Positions 6,924 to 16,436 of a DNA stretch of 64,000 nt are shown piece by piece. Both the position numbers and the translations under genes were made by a program. The stretch comes from a phage. Where the stretch lies: sequence record PZ386967.1; one strand, written 5' to 3'. Numbering within the stretch: position 1 is the stretch's first letter; every line of letters starts with the position of its first letter. The notes beneath the pieces were generated by a model. It was not told where the DNA came from. It was given only the letters and a program-made list of their open reading frames with translations, and ran no database searches.

Positions 6924-8642
6924 GTGACAGCATTCAACCAATATACCAAGGCGCTTGACGGCGTCGGACCAGTCAGCATAGACCGCATCAAGTCTCTTGC
7001 CACTGAGTTCTTCCCGTATGACACCGCCAACCCCGGCCAGATGGAATGCATCGTTGAAGCCATTGATGCCCTTGTGAATAAGAAATTCAAACACGTGATC
7101 ATCGAGGCTCCGACTGGTGTAGGTAAATCCCTCATCGGCACTACCATCCATAATGTGCTTCGCCATTTGGTTCTTGAGCACAACCCGTATGGTCAGTTCC
7201 GCACGTCTATCACGACGCCGACCAAAGGTTTACAGGATCAGTATGCAGCAGAGAAAGCCGTGGCGATAGACATCCTGAAGGGCAAGAAGAACTACCGTTG
7301 CCACATCAGTCCCGACCTATACTACAACGCCATTCAGTGCCGTATGGCATGCCGTGATGGCCACTGTAGTAAGAATCGTTGCCCATATGTTCAGGCGCGT
7401 CGACAGTGGACCGACGTCTCCTCCCTGCGCTGCACCAACGCCGCCATGATGGTGGAGATGTGTACGACGATTTGTATGAAGCCGGAAAACCGTGCCGATA
7501 TGCTGATCCTTGACGAGTGTCATAAGATGCCCTCTACGCTCCTAGAGCATACTATCATGGAATACAACATAAAGGCTGTGGAAGGGTTGCTTACGATCCC
7601 CGAGGGAGTGCCTATCGTGGAGACCATCAAGGATATCATCATCCGCACAGAGAACTATGAATTGGGCAAGCTGTATTCCCTGTCTGGTGAGATGCATGCG
7701 ATATTTGATGAACTACACGGCAAGGTTGAAGCCCTGTTGGAAACTCTTGAAGAACTGGTAGAGGATGAGCGCCTGACTGAAGCCCAGGTGATGAAGCTGT
7801 CTGATATTATTGATAATCTTCACAACCTCAGTGACTACTGCGGTATCATGGGGCAGACCAACGCCAGCACTTTCATCGTACAGGAGAAGGACAAGGGTAT
7901 GATTCAGTTCAAGCCTGTCATCGCCTCTGATGTATCCCAGTTCGGTCTGTTCCGCAAGGGTGACTACCACGTTCACATGTCGGCGACCATCTGCGGGATT
8001 GACTCGTACGCCCGGTCACTGGGTATCCGCGAGGGTGAGTACCACAAGATACAGATCGGCAACCCTATCCCGATTGAGAACCGGAAAGTCAACTACATGC
8101 CCATCATGAAGATGACAGCGAACATGGGTGACTACGAGATGAAGAAGCTGGCTGAATACGTGGATGAAATTATCGCGTTCCACCCTGGGCAGTCTGGCAT
8201 CATTCACACAGTCAGTTATGACCGCGCCCTGGCTCTACAAAAGTTCAGTAAGTACCGGAATATGATTCACGTTCCTCGTACTCGTAAGGCTCTGATGGAC
8301 ATCATGGAAAACGCGTTCAGGACGAAGACGCCTTGTGTCATCGCCAGTCCGGCCATGGAAGAGGGGTATGACTTCAAAGGCGATTATAGTCGATTTCAGA
8401 TCTTGATCAAGGTGCCATACGATTACCTTGGTGATCCTCTGGTGGCCCACGTCAACAGTGTGGACCCATCGGCGTACTTCAGGATGGCGGTACTGCGTAT
8501 CGTTCAGATGTGTGGGCGTTCGGTCAGGGGTGTGAATGACTGGGCTGCGACGTACATCCTTGATTCTTCTTTTGAATCACTGATGATGCGCAACCCAGAG
8601 TTCTTCCCCGCTTGGTTCACTGATGCCGTGTTTGAGGTTTAG
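6924..8642 (+). CDS. SF2 DNA helicase, XPD/DinG (Rad3)-like with Cys cluster between Walker A and DECH box
   Basis: GTG start after AGGAGG; APTGVGKS Walker A, Cys-rich CHISPD..CRMACRDGHC..CPY insert, LILDECH box. Confidence 0.65.
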   Translation: MTAFNQYTKALDGVGPVSIDRIKSLATEFFPYDTANPGQMECIVEAIDALVNKKFKHVIIEAPTGVGKSLIGTTIHNVLRHLVLEHNPYGQFRTSITTPTKGLQDQYAAEKAVAIDILKGKKNYRCHISPDLYYNAIQCRMACRDGHCSKNRCPYVQARRQWTDVSSLRCTNAAMMVEMCTTICMKPENRADMLILDECHKMPSTLLEHTIMEYNIKAVEGLLTIPEGVPIVETIKDIIIRTENYELGKLYSLSGEMHAIFDELHGKVEALLETLEELVEDERLTEAQVMKLSDIIDNLHNLSDYCGIMGQTNASTFIVQEKDKGMIQFKPVIASDVSQFGLFRKGDYHVHMSATICGIDSYARSLGIREGEYHKIQIGNPIPIENRKVNYMPIMKMTANMGDYEMKKLAEYVDEIIAFHPGQSGIIHTVSYDRALALQKFSKYRNMIHVPRTRKALMDIMENAFRTKTPCVIASPAMEEGYDFKGDYSRFQILIKVPYDYLGDPLVAHVNSVDPSAYFRMAVLRIVQMCGRSVRGVNDWAATYILDSSFESLMMRNPEFFPAWFTDAVFEV

Positions 8643-9406
8643 TAACCCGCAACGAAGGACAGATGGCACTTGACATTCGGTTCCAACGACGTCACAGAAA
8701 CCGTCATATTGTCCGTATCTTGGCTGAAGTCAATGGTGGCGAGAGGTTTGGTCTGAATATGGTTGTAAACACTGTAGATCAGATCCTCGCCACGATACCC
8801 TACCTTCCCGTCGGTGTCTTGCCAATGACCCAGTGTCTCATCGTAGACATGCACTCTGAACTCGATCATATGGAAGAGTGCCTTGGGGATGTCCTTGAGT
8901 ACGCTGGTGCCAACCACGGGAATCTCTATGCTGGAATCATTGGAGTTCCCTTCATATACCGAAGCCCATGCAAAGGTGGGATCTCCCCCAGCAACAGGGG
9001 TTCGCTTCCAGTATTGGAATTCTGGGTTGCCTGAAGCGTTCTTCTGAAGTAGAATGACCTCACCACCTTTGAAGTTCGAAGTATCGATGTCGCCTCGCTG
9101 AAGTTCATCTGCTGGAGATCCAATAAATTTCCAGCCTTCGCGATCCAGTAAAGACTTATAATAGTCGGTGAACACGTTGCTGTCTTCTGCATCGTTGATG
9201 GCATCTTTGAGACCTTGGCCTGTCACCATCTCGTTGAGCTTCAACCACATGTTCTTGACAGCAGACGCTGCTGCGACTTGTCCAGCAGTCCCACCTGCAG
9301 CATAATCATAGATGATATCTTCTGACTTGATAGCATCATAGATAGAGAGGAGCAATTGCTCAATCTGCGGGGCGGTGAGACTGAAACGATATGCGCGGGG
9401 TGTCAT
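8639..9406 (-). CDS. Hypothetical late protein, possibly virion-associated
   Basis: Start trimmed to MTPRAY with GGAG-type RBS; TATAAATA late-promoter octamer on the minus strand about 35 nt upstream. Confidence 0.5.
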   Translation of the reverse strand: MTPRAYRFSLTAPQIEQLLLSIYDAIKSEDIIYDYAAGGTAGQVAAASAVKNMWLKLNEMVTGQGLKDAINDAEDSNVFTDYYKSLLDREGWKFIGSPADELQRGDIDTSNFKGGEVILLQKNASGNPEFQYWKRTPVAGGDPTFAWASVYEGNSNDSSIEIPVVGTSVLKDIPKALFHMIEFRVHVYDETLGHWQDTDGKVGYRGEDLIYSVYNHIQTKPLATIDFSQDTDNMTVSVTSLEPNVKCHLSFVAGY

Positions 9407-9441
9407 AGTTTCATTCCTCTTTCTATAAAACCAGTTTGGGA

Positions 9442-9449
9442 TATTTATA
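9442..9449 (-). promoter_or_regulatory. T4-type late promoter TATAAATA
   Basis: Exact octamer on the minus strand in the 45 bp gap between divergent genes; coordinates approximate. Confidence 0.45.
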
Positions 9450-9451
9450 TC

Positions 9452-9979
9452 ATGATAGAAATTTATTCTGACGGGGGTTCTAACCCGAAGACCAACCAGG
9501 CCGCAGGCTGGGCATTTGTCATCAGGCCAATAACGGGTATGCAATGGAAGGTGTTCTTCGGCCATCTACCTCCCCCGTCCACTAACAATATCGCCGAGTT
9601 GTTGGGTGTGACCAACGCATTGAAGCTACTGTGGGCATTCTCAGGAAAGGGTGAGCGCAGAATACCAAAGGCAACAATTTGGTCTGACAGCCAATATGCC
9701 ATCAAGAGTGTCACCGAATGGCGAGCGAAGTGGGAGTATCAGGGTTTCCCAGAAAAGAACGTTGAACTCATCAAAGATCTGTTCAGAATCTATGATCTCG
9801 TTTGTTCAATTTGTGATGTTGAACTAAAATGGGTTAAGGGTCATGCGGGGCACGAAGGCAACGAACTTGCCGATGACTGGGCCACAGCAGCCAAAAACGA
9901 CAGCAACTTCCTGATTGAGAATGACAAGATCTCAGTGAAGAAGGTTGTTGGATCTTTTGATGAATTTATCGGTATCTGA
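9452..9979 (+). CDS. rnhA: Ribonuclease HI (bacterial type)
   Basis: IYSDGGS, TNNIAELLG, IWSDSQYAI, WVKGHAGHEGNELADDWA match RNase H1 catalytic motifs. Confidence 0.85.
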   Translation: MIEIYSDGGSNPKTNQAAGWAFVIRPITGMQWKVFFGHLPPPSTNNIAELLGVTNALKLLWAFSGKGERRIPKATIWSDSQYAIKSVTEWRAKWEYQGFPEKNVELIKDLFRIYDLVCSICDVELKWVKGHAGHEGNELADDWATAAKNDSNFLIENDKISVKKVVGSFDEFIGI

Positions 9980-9990
9980 GGGCTTTCATA

Positions 9991-10782
9991 ATGGGAATGA
10001 ACTTCGTGGACAGAGGGGAGAATGTCGTCAAATATTTCACGGACGAAGACAACGAGCGTGTCATTAGTATCCTTCGTGATTGGATCCCCGCCCGCAAGAA
10101 AGCACTTGCTGAGGGCACCAGGCTTCCAAAGATCCCCAACTATGTTGCTCTGCAGGTCCAGCGCATCATCACCAAGATGAGTACCCGCTACAACTATCGC
10201 GACTATCCCTTCCGTGAAGACATGGTCTCTGAAGCAATAGTCAACATCCTGCGCTACCTCCACACCTTTGACGTCGAACACATTGGAAAGAAAGGGAAGA
10301 TCAACTTCTTCTCTTGGGTGACCATGTGCGCTGATCGATCATTCGCTCGTAAACTGAATATCGAAGAAGAACACACGTACATCAAATTGCGCTCATTTGA
10401 AGAGGCGGGTGGGTTCGCAGGCCTGGCAGACGATCCCGACTTCCAACAAGAGATCTTTGTTGACGCGACAGGGATTGGTATGGACTTCCGTGAGCGTATC
10501 GGTAACTTTGAGAACAAAAAGGACGCTCAAAGGCAGAAGGAGCGAGAGAAGGTGGAGGCGGCTCGTCTCGCAGAATCGAATAAAAAGATTGCGAAAGGCA
10601 TACTTCAATACATGGCGCAGGCTAAGAATACGGTAACAGCGCAGGCCGAAGACAATTCAGATCAGGACTTTGGCAAAACCCAATTCAATCTGGAAGATGA
10701 TATCTGTGCGATGGAACCAGATTGGGAAGCCCTCAAACAAAGATTAGAAGAACGGGAGAAAAAGAATAATGGCGATTGCTAA
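9991..10782 (+). CDS. 55: Late-transcription sigma factor, gp55-like
   Basis: Central region resembles T4 gp55 from memory; lies immediately upstream of gp47/gp46. Confidence 0.5.
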   Translation: MGMNFVDRGENVVKYFTDEDNERVISILRDWIPARKKALAEGTRLPKIPNYVALQVQRIITKMSTRYNYRDYPFREDMVSEAIVNILRYLHTFDVEHIGKKGKINFFSWVTMCADRSFARKLNIEEEHTYIKLRSFEEAGGFAGLADDPDFQQEIFVDATGIGMDFRERIGNFENKKDAQRQKEREKVEAARLAESNKKIAKGILQYMAQAKNTVTAQAEDNSDQDFGKTQFNLEDDICAMEPDWEALKQRLEEREKKNNGDC

Positions 10783-11884
10783 AATCGGCGATCTGCATAT
10801 CGGGAGCCGTAATGGTTCCCGATACGTTCGCGACTTCATCAAGAACTACCTCATCAATTATTTCATCCCTGAACTTGTCGCCTCCGACATCCATGAGGTC
10901 TGGCAGTTTGGTGACACATTTGACGTCCGCAAATTCATGTACGGGCGTGACAAGGACTGGTTGAAAGATGAGCTGACTCCGGCGCTGAAAGCTGCTGGGA
11001 TCAAGTGGAATGGTATTGTTGGCAACCACGACATCACCCTGGAAGAGTCTAACCGCATCAACTGGCCATCCTACCTGAACGAACTCGACCCAGATGTATA
11101 CTGCTATTATAGCGAACCGACCGAAGTGATGATCGAGGGTGTCAAGACTCTGCTCCTACCGTGGATCAACAAGGAGAACTATGATGCGTCTATTAAGGCG
11201 TTACAAGATACAGACGCCGAGTACTGTTTTGCGCATCTGGAGTTGGCAGGGTTCAAAATGTACCAGTCCTCTACTTGTGATCACGGTCAGATCGACGTTG
11301 CGTTGCTTTCCAAGTTTACCAGGGTCGACACGGGGCATTTCCATACCCGTTCGATGGAAGGTAACATTCAGTATCTTGGGACTCCGTATCACCTGAACTG
11401 GGAAGACTACAAAGATGGCACCAACCGTGGCTTCTATGTGGACGACATGCGCGGCGGTGAGGTATTCATTCCCAACAGCGAGCACCAGACGTTGTTCCGC
11501 TATGTGGAATATGATTACACCAAGTTGTCCTCAGACGATGAGGGTAACTGGATCGACCCGGAATGGTTGAACACAGGCTTGGGTATTGAAGGGCAAATCG
11601 TTAAGGTTATTGTACAGAATCGCGACAATGCTAAGCATTATGAAAAGTTCTGTGATGCAATGAAGCGATGCAAGTGTATTGACTACAACTTCATCGACCG
11701 GACTATTACCGTAGCGGCTGAGAAGGTTGAGGTCACCGAAGAGATGGTGGCAACCGACGCAGTGGAAGTCCTAAAGAAGGATATCCGCGCCGGGAACAAC
11801 ATCCAGCGCCCTGAAAACGTCTGCAAGCTAGCAGAGCACTTCTACAACGCTGCCCAACAACGCCTGAATACACTGGATGCATAA
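10769..11884 (+). CDS. 47: Mre11/SbcD-like recombination nuclease subunit (gp47)
   Basis: N-terminal GDLHIG and GNHD metallophosphoesterase motifs; adjacent to Rad50-like gene. Confidence 0.85.
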   Translation: MAIAKIGDLHIGSRNGSRYVRDFIKNYLINYFIPELVASDIHEVWQFGDTFDVRKFMYGRDKDWLKDELTPALKAAGIKWNGIVGNHDITLEESNRINWPSYLNELDPDVYCYYSEPTEVMIEGVKTLLLPWINKENYDASIKALQDTDAEYCFAHLELAGFKMYQSSTCDHGQIDVALLSKFTRVDTGHFHTRSMEGNIQYLGTPYHLNWEDYKDGTNRGFYVDDMRGGEVFIPNSEHQTLFRYVEYDYTKLSSDDEGNWIDPEWLNTGLGIEGQIVKVIVQNRDNAKHYEKFCDAMKRCKCIDYNFIDRTITVAAEKVEVTEEMVATDAVEVLKKDIRAGNNIQRPENVCKLAEHFYNAAQQRLNTLDA

Positions 11885-14222
11885 CATGACTCAAAGTACA
11901 GATATCCTGGCCAAATTTGGCAATCTTTTGAAGGAAGCTGACACCCCGGTAGAGGTGGAAGTCCCATTTGAAGTGCGTGATAACGTTACGCACAAACTGA
12001 CTTTCCGCAAAGGTCGCGCCAAGAACTTCCGCTCCATCGGCAATCAGTTCATGGAGATTGATTATCAGCGCAACCCAGCCACCCTTGTCACGTCTGATGA
12101 CAACGGCGCGGGTAAATCCACGATGTTGGTATGGCTGCTGTTCTTCGTACTGTACAACACCACGTACAGTAAGAAGGAGAAGAAGGCAGGCCTGGTTAAC
12201 TCACAAAGCCGCAAGGAATGTGTGGGTGAGGTAGAGTTTGCCTGTCGTGGTAGTGAATGGAAAGTTCGCCGGGGTATCAAGCCCGACTTTGTTGAAGTCT
12301 ACCAGATGGTGGACGGTAAGTGGTTGCAGATCGATAACGAAGCAGCCAAGGCCGACATGAACAAGTACATCGTGAACCTCATCGGTGTAGACCAGAAGAT
12401 GTTTGAGAACTCTCTGGTGCTGGGTAAAGAGAAGTTCATTCCGTTTACGGAGATGTACACTGCCGACCGTCGCGCCATGGTGGAGACAATTTGGGACTTG
12501 GGCTTCTTCAGCCTGATGAACGAAGATGTCAAGGCCGCCATCAAAAAGGCAAATACAACTCTGGACTCCATATCTAACGAATGCGCACTGAAGGTTATTG
12601 ACCACACCAACAAGAAGACGCAGCTTCAGCAGATCGAGCAATCCAACGCTCTGATCCAACAGCAGTCGGCCGATATCCTTGTACAGCAACAGGAAGCCCT
12701 GAATTCCCTGGATGCTGACATCGCTTCCCAGAACGAAGAGCGCAGCCGCCTCACTGCGGTTGAGTTCGAAGCCACCCAGGAAATGAAGACGGTAGAAAAT
12801 CGCCTGAATGATGAATCCATGGTGGAGATCGAGGCTATCAAGAAAGACTTTGATGCCAAGATCCAGGCGGTGAAGGATGCCGCTCAGGAAAAGGCCGATG
12901 ATTATGAGCGCATCGAAGTGTCTACTGCGGAGCATGAACTTCAGGTCTTGCGTGACCGTGCCTTTACAGTGGCCGAAAGCAAGAACACCCTGCTCACCGA
13001 GCGCAACACAAACCTGGACGCCCTGAACGCTGCTATTCAGCGCCGCCAGCAGGGTGAGAACTTCCGCATCAAGTTCCAGACCGAAATGGACGGACATCAG
13101 TCGGCCATCAAGCGCTTCCACGACATGGGGACTTGCCCTACCTGTACCCAACTGGTGTCTGATGACACCAAGGCGCGGATTGAGAGTGAGTACAATCCTC
13201 AGATCCAGGAACTACAGTCGAAGTTAGATCAACTAGACAAAGTTACCGCCGATATCAATGTCCTGATCGATGATCACAAGGCTCAGGATGATAAGTTGGT
13301 TGCTGACATTGCTGTGTTGGACACTGAACTGGATGCAATGCGCAAGCAGGCTGACGAAATCGTTGACAACATCAAGCAGCTGCGCCGTGATATTCAAGGT
13401 TTTCATGATGCTGCCACGATTGAGTGTAATTCACTGAACCGTGAATGTCAACAGAAGATCCTTGACATCCGTAAGGCACTGAACGTTCGTTTTGAAGACA
13501 TCACTGCGTCACTACAACAAACTCGAGAGAATGCCGTCAGCGGGATTAAAGCCGTCGATGATAAGATCGCCGAGCTGAAAGCCCGTCGTGCTCCTCTCGT
13601 GGCGTCTATTGCCGATCTGGAGCGTAAACTGGCTGTACAGCCAACACCTACCACCGACCTGGAGAACTCTATCGCTGCGTTGGAAGGTGAACTGGAGTCT
13701 CTGTATGAACTCCGTGAAGATGCAGATGAGGAACTCCAGGACTTACAGCACCTGCTGTTCTTCTTGAAAGATGACCAGACCAAGGCGCGTATCATCGCCC
13801 TGTATCTGCCATTCCTCAATAGCAAGATCAACGAGTATCTTGAAGCCCTCAACATGTTCTTGGATATCGTTGTTGACGATACCTTTGAGATCACCATGAG
13901 CGCAGCAGGCCGCAAGGGGCAGAGTATCTTCTCCCTGTCTACTGGCCAACGCAGTCGTCTGAACCTGGCTGTGACATTAGCTCTGCGCGATGTGGCTAAC
14001 CTCAAGGCATCGGTGCAATGTAACCTGTTTGTCCTGGATGAAATCCTTGAGAACATGAGCGAGCGCGGGGTGCAGGAATCGGTTGAGATGTTGAAGCATA
14101 AGTTCGGCGGGAACAACCTGTTTGTTATTAGCCAGCGCGAACAGGAGTTCCAAGAATACTTCCAACACAACATTCGCTACGGCCTGCGAAACGGCCTGAC
14201 TGAAGTTATCAAGAAGGATTGA
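11877..14222 (+). CDS. 46: Rad50/SbcC-like recombination ATPase subunit (gp46)
   Basis: Walker A GAGKST, long coiled-coil, zinc hook CPTC, C-terminal ABC signature region. Confidence 0.85.
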   Translation: MHNMTQSTDILAKFGNLLKEADTPVEVEVPFEVRDNVTHKLTFRKGRAKNFRSIGNQFMEIDYQRNPATLVTSDDNGAGKSTMLVWLLFFVLYNTTYSKKEKKAGLVNSQSRKECVGEVEFACRGSEWKVRRGIKPDFVEVYQMVDGKWLQIDNEAAKADMNKYIVNLIGVDQKMFENSLVLGKEKFIPFTEMYTADRRAMVETIWDLGFFSLMNEDVKAAIKKANTTLDSISNECALKVIDHTNKKTQLQQIEQSNALIQQQSADILVQQQEALNSLDADIASQNEERSRLTAVEFEATQEMKTVENRLNDESMVEIEAIKKDFDAKIQAVKDAAQEKADDYERIEVSTAEHELQVLRDRAFTVAESKNTLLTERNTNLDALNAAIQRRQQGENFRIKFQTEMDGHQSAIKRFHDMGTCPTCTQLVSDDTKARIESEYNPQIQELQSKLDQLDKVTADINVLIDDHKAQDDKLVADIAVLDTELDAMRKQADEIVDNIKQLRRDIQGFHDAATIECNSLNRECQQKILDIRKALNVRFEDITASLQQTRENAVSGIKAVDDKIAELKARRAPLVASIADLERKLAVQPTPTTDLENSIAALEGELESLYELREDADEELQDLQHLLFFLKDDQTKARIIALYLPFLNSKINEYLEALNMFLDIVVDDTFEITMSAAGRKGQSIFSLSTGQRSRLNLAVTLALRDVANLKASVQCNLFVLDEILENMSERGVQESVEMLKHKFGGNNLFVISQREQEFQEYFQHNIRYGLRNGLTEVIKKD

Positions 14223-14225
14223 TCA

Positions 14226-14387
14226 TGAACTACGAACAAATTAAACTCGCAATACTGATCTTTGCATGCATCATTGACATCGTTGCGTTTTCTCGTGAAG
14301 TCGAAAGGAAAAACTACCTGAAATCACTGGGGTATCTCGGGTTCTCTGTCTGGTTCTGTTATCTACTTGCAGGTCAAATCCTGAAAT
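14226..14387 (+). CDS. Putative 53-aa membrane peptide
   Basis: Short ORF below the track cutoff with hydrophobic core; ATGA overlap with next gene; coordinates by hand. Confidence 0.25.
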
Positions 14388-14715
14388 GAAAGTCGTCCAC
14401 TTCAAGAAGGAGCCATATGACGTCTACATTGGTCGGCCTGGTAAATGGGGGAACCCGTTTGAGGTCAAAGACCATGGACGAGGCGTCTGTATCGAGCTGT
14501 TTGAGGACGACCTGTATGTGCGCCTGGTTGAAGGGGATATCACTGAGGATGAACTCCTTGAGCTTGACGGGAAGGTATTGGGGTGCTGGTGTAAGCCACG
14601 CCCCTGCCACGGGGATGTTTACGTCAAAGTCATTGGTCGTATTAAACTATTCCGCAAGCTGGGTAAATCCTTTACTGAACACCTGAGACAAACATATGTC
14701 AGAATCAAAAGATGA
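14386..14715 (+). CDS. DUF4326-like protein
   Basis: Motifs GNPF and CWCKPRPCHGDV. Confidence 0.45.
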   Translation: MKVVHFKKEPYDVYIGRPGKWGNPFEVKDHGRGVCIELFEDDLYVRLVEGDITEDELLELDGKVLGCWCKPRPCHGDVYVKVIGRIKLFRKLGKSFTEHLRQTYVRIKR

Positions 14716-14980
14716 AATCCAAGACTCCTGTGACATTGCAGTTGAAACCTGGAACCGTCGGAACCCGCATTACCAGGTGACTGTCACTCCGAATCGTTAT
14801 CTTGAGCAGGGCGGCCTGATTGTGGTTGATGCTGTACTCGCTTTCAACAAGTACCAAGATATGCAGATCCTGGACGGCAACTTTACCGTCGCGACCAAGA
14901 CGGCATGGGATGACCCTCTACAGTTCGTCTACGGCTGGCTGGAGTGTATCGAGGAATCCTACCACCTCATCTACGAATGA
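14696..14980 (+). CDS. Hypothetical protein
   Basis: ORF overlapping end of upstream gene. Confidence 0.4.
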   Translation: MSESKDEIQDSCDIAVETWNRRNPHYQVTVTPNRYLEQGGLIVVDAVLAFNKYQDMQILDGNFTVATKTAWDDPLQFVYGWLECIEESYHLIYE

Positions 14981-15077
14981 GGCTGAAGGGCACTAAATAT
15001 CACGTGCCCTTTATCTTTTAACCCCTGTCAGGAGGCTCAAGCGAGCTGCAAGTCGACAAAACATAAGGAACGCCATC

Positions 15078-15692
15078 ATGACGATGACAACGTTGAAGGC
15101 CATGGCCTTGTCCGTGACCTTTACCATTGCCAGCGGGAATGTGCACGCTTCCCAAAGTACCACCCAATGTGATTATAATTTCTCCGAGCAACAACTCAAT
15201 ACACTGGCAACTGCCTACCATGTAGGCAAGACACAAGACCTTGGTTACACCCTGGCTGCAATATCCTGGCGAGAGAGCCGCGCTGGTGAAGATGTAGTGT
15301 CAATGCGATACGGCCTCAAGGCGGCCAACATGGGAGCCTTTCAGAACAAGGTGAAGACAGTTGGTGATCGCGAAGGTTGTAAGAATCGCAAGTGCTATGC
15401 CAATGTCGCCATAAAGTTGCTGACCGACCAAGAATATGCCGCGCAAGCCGCCCTCGATGAGATGCAGTTCTGGCTGACCTATCACAATCAGAATATCCGC
15501 AAATCCCTCTCCTCTTACAATGCTGGCTTCGCCCGTAATCCTGCATCGAACGCTTATGCTGCCGACGTCGTGAAGAAAGCTAAATATCTTCAGAAATGTG
15601 TGTCTTTCGAAGGCCGGACCATCTCCGAGGTAGATCCTCGGGTGATCGCCATGAACAAGCACACAATAGAGAAACTGAAGAGGACAAGATAA
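15078..15692 (+). CDS. Secreted lytic-transglycosylase-like (SLT domain) protein
   Basis: Signal peptide; AISWRESRAG (E-S catalytic motif) and YNAG motif typical of family 1 lytic transglycosylases. Confidence 0.5.
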   Translation: MTMTTLKAMALSVTFTIASGNVHASQSTTQCDYNFSEQQLNTLATAYHVGKTQDLGYTLAAISWRESRAGEDVVSMRYGLKAANMGAFQNKVKTVGDREGCKNRKCYANVAIKLLTDQEYAAQAALDEMQFWLTYHNQNIRKSLSSYNAGFARNPASNAYAADVVKKAKYLQKCVSFEGRTISEVDPRVIAMNKHTIEKLKRTR

Positions 15693-16330
15693 TGAACATC
15701 ACTCCATCTCAGGCCGGATATGAACATATCTTGGTCTTCATTGCTCTACAGGGTGCGAAGGAAGGCATCATCGTATCCGAGTACTCAGGCACGGTTCGCC
15801 TTGCCGATTATGTCGCACCAGAGGCATTTATCAAGAAGTGTATTGACGCATGGTGTCTCTATGCCCTCAGCACATACCCTGCTCCTCCTGAGGGTGAGCT
15901 GTTGTTTACTGTACCGACTCCGGCTGTTGGGGATACGGATGCCATCTTTGCCGATATGCTGGCGAAGGGGTATCTGGTGTATGACATCACCCACGATGTC
16001 TACTCTTTTACTTCGCTGAACACCGTGTTTGGATTCACCATCACATCTGAAGCCAACATCCCTGACTGGGGTATCTTGGCATGGGGTGTTGACGGCCTGG
16101 GTGCAACCTACGCATCGTCTGACGTCGGTGCAGTTCTGATTGATGAGGGTGTCACCATGGAGCAGTACCTTGCCCAGTTCCCTCAGCACAATATCACAGG
16201 CAGCGACATCATTTTGGTCCAGCCTGGCGCTATCGCTCTCCCCCGTTTGGTGGATGGATGGAATCCTCGGCTGAAGGGCATCATCGCAGGTATTCGATCC
16301 CACATTCCGATTGTGAATCCGACGCCGTAA
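15692..16330 (+). CDS. Hypothetical protein
   Basis: Start trimmed to MNITPSQ; ATGA overlap with upstream gene. Confidence 0.5.
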   Translation: MNITPSQAGYEHILVFIALQGAKEGIIVSEYSGTVRLADYVAPEAFIKKCIDAWCLYALSTYPAPPEGELLFTVPTPAVGDTDAIFADMLAKGYLVYDITHDVYSFTSLNTVFGFTITSEANIPDWGILAWGVDGLGATYASSDVGAVLIDEGVTMEQYLAQFPQHNITGSDIILVQPGAIALPRLVDGWNPRLKGIIAGIRSHIPIVNPTP

Positions 16331-16343
16331 AATAATTCAATAA

Positions 16344-16388
16344 AAGGGGCTTTTGCCCCTTTACTTCTTCAATATCCTTCCCTATACT
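16344..16388 (+). promoter_or_regulatory. Terminator hairpin plus early-type promoter TTTACT-N17-TATACT
   Basis: AGGGGC-tttt-GCCCCT hairpin then TTTACT, 17 nt, TATACT; coordinates approximate. Confidence 0.45.
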
Positions 16389-16436
16389 TCATTCCATAAG
16401 CAACACAACACCAACTTGAAAAGCAGGAACTACACC

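Noticed and set aside
8663-9034. + strand 123-aa ORF overlapping the minus-strand late gene
   Set aside because: Fully embedded antisense to a gene with good RBS and promoter; rejected as a shadow ORF.
12201-13151. Long antisense ORFs inside gp46 (316 aa, and 241 aa at 13448-14173), inside gp29 (54907-55887) and many similar shadow ORFs in the track
   Set aside because: They lie entirely within well-supported genes on the opposite strand or frame and have odd composition (Ser/Arg/Leu-rich); treated as non-coding shadows.
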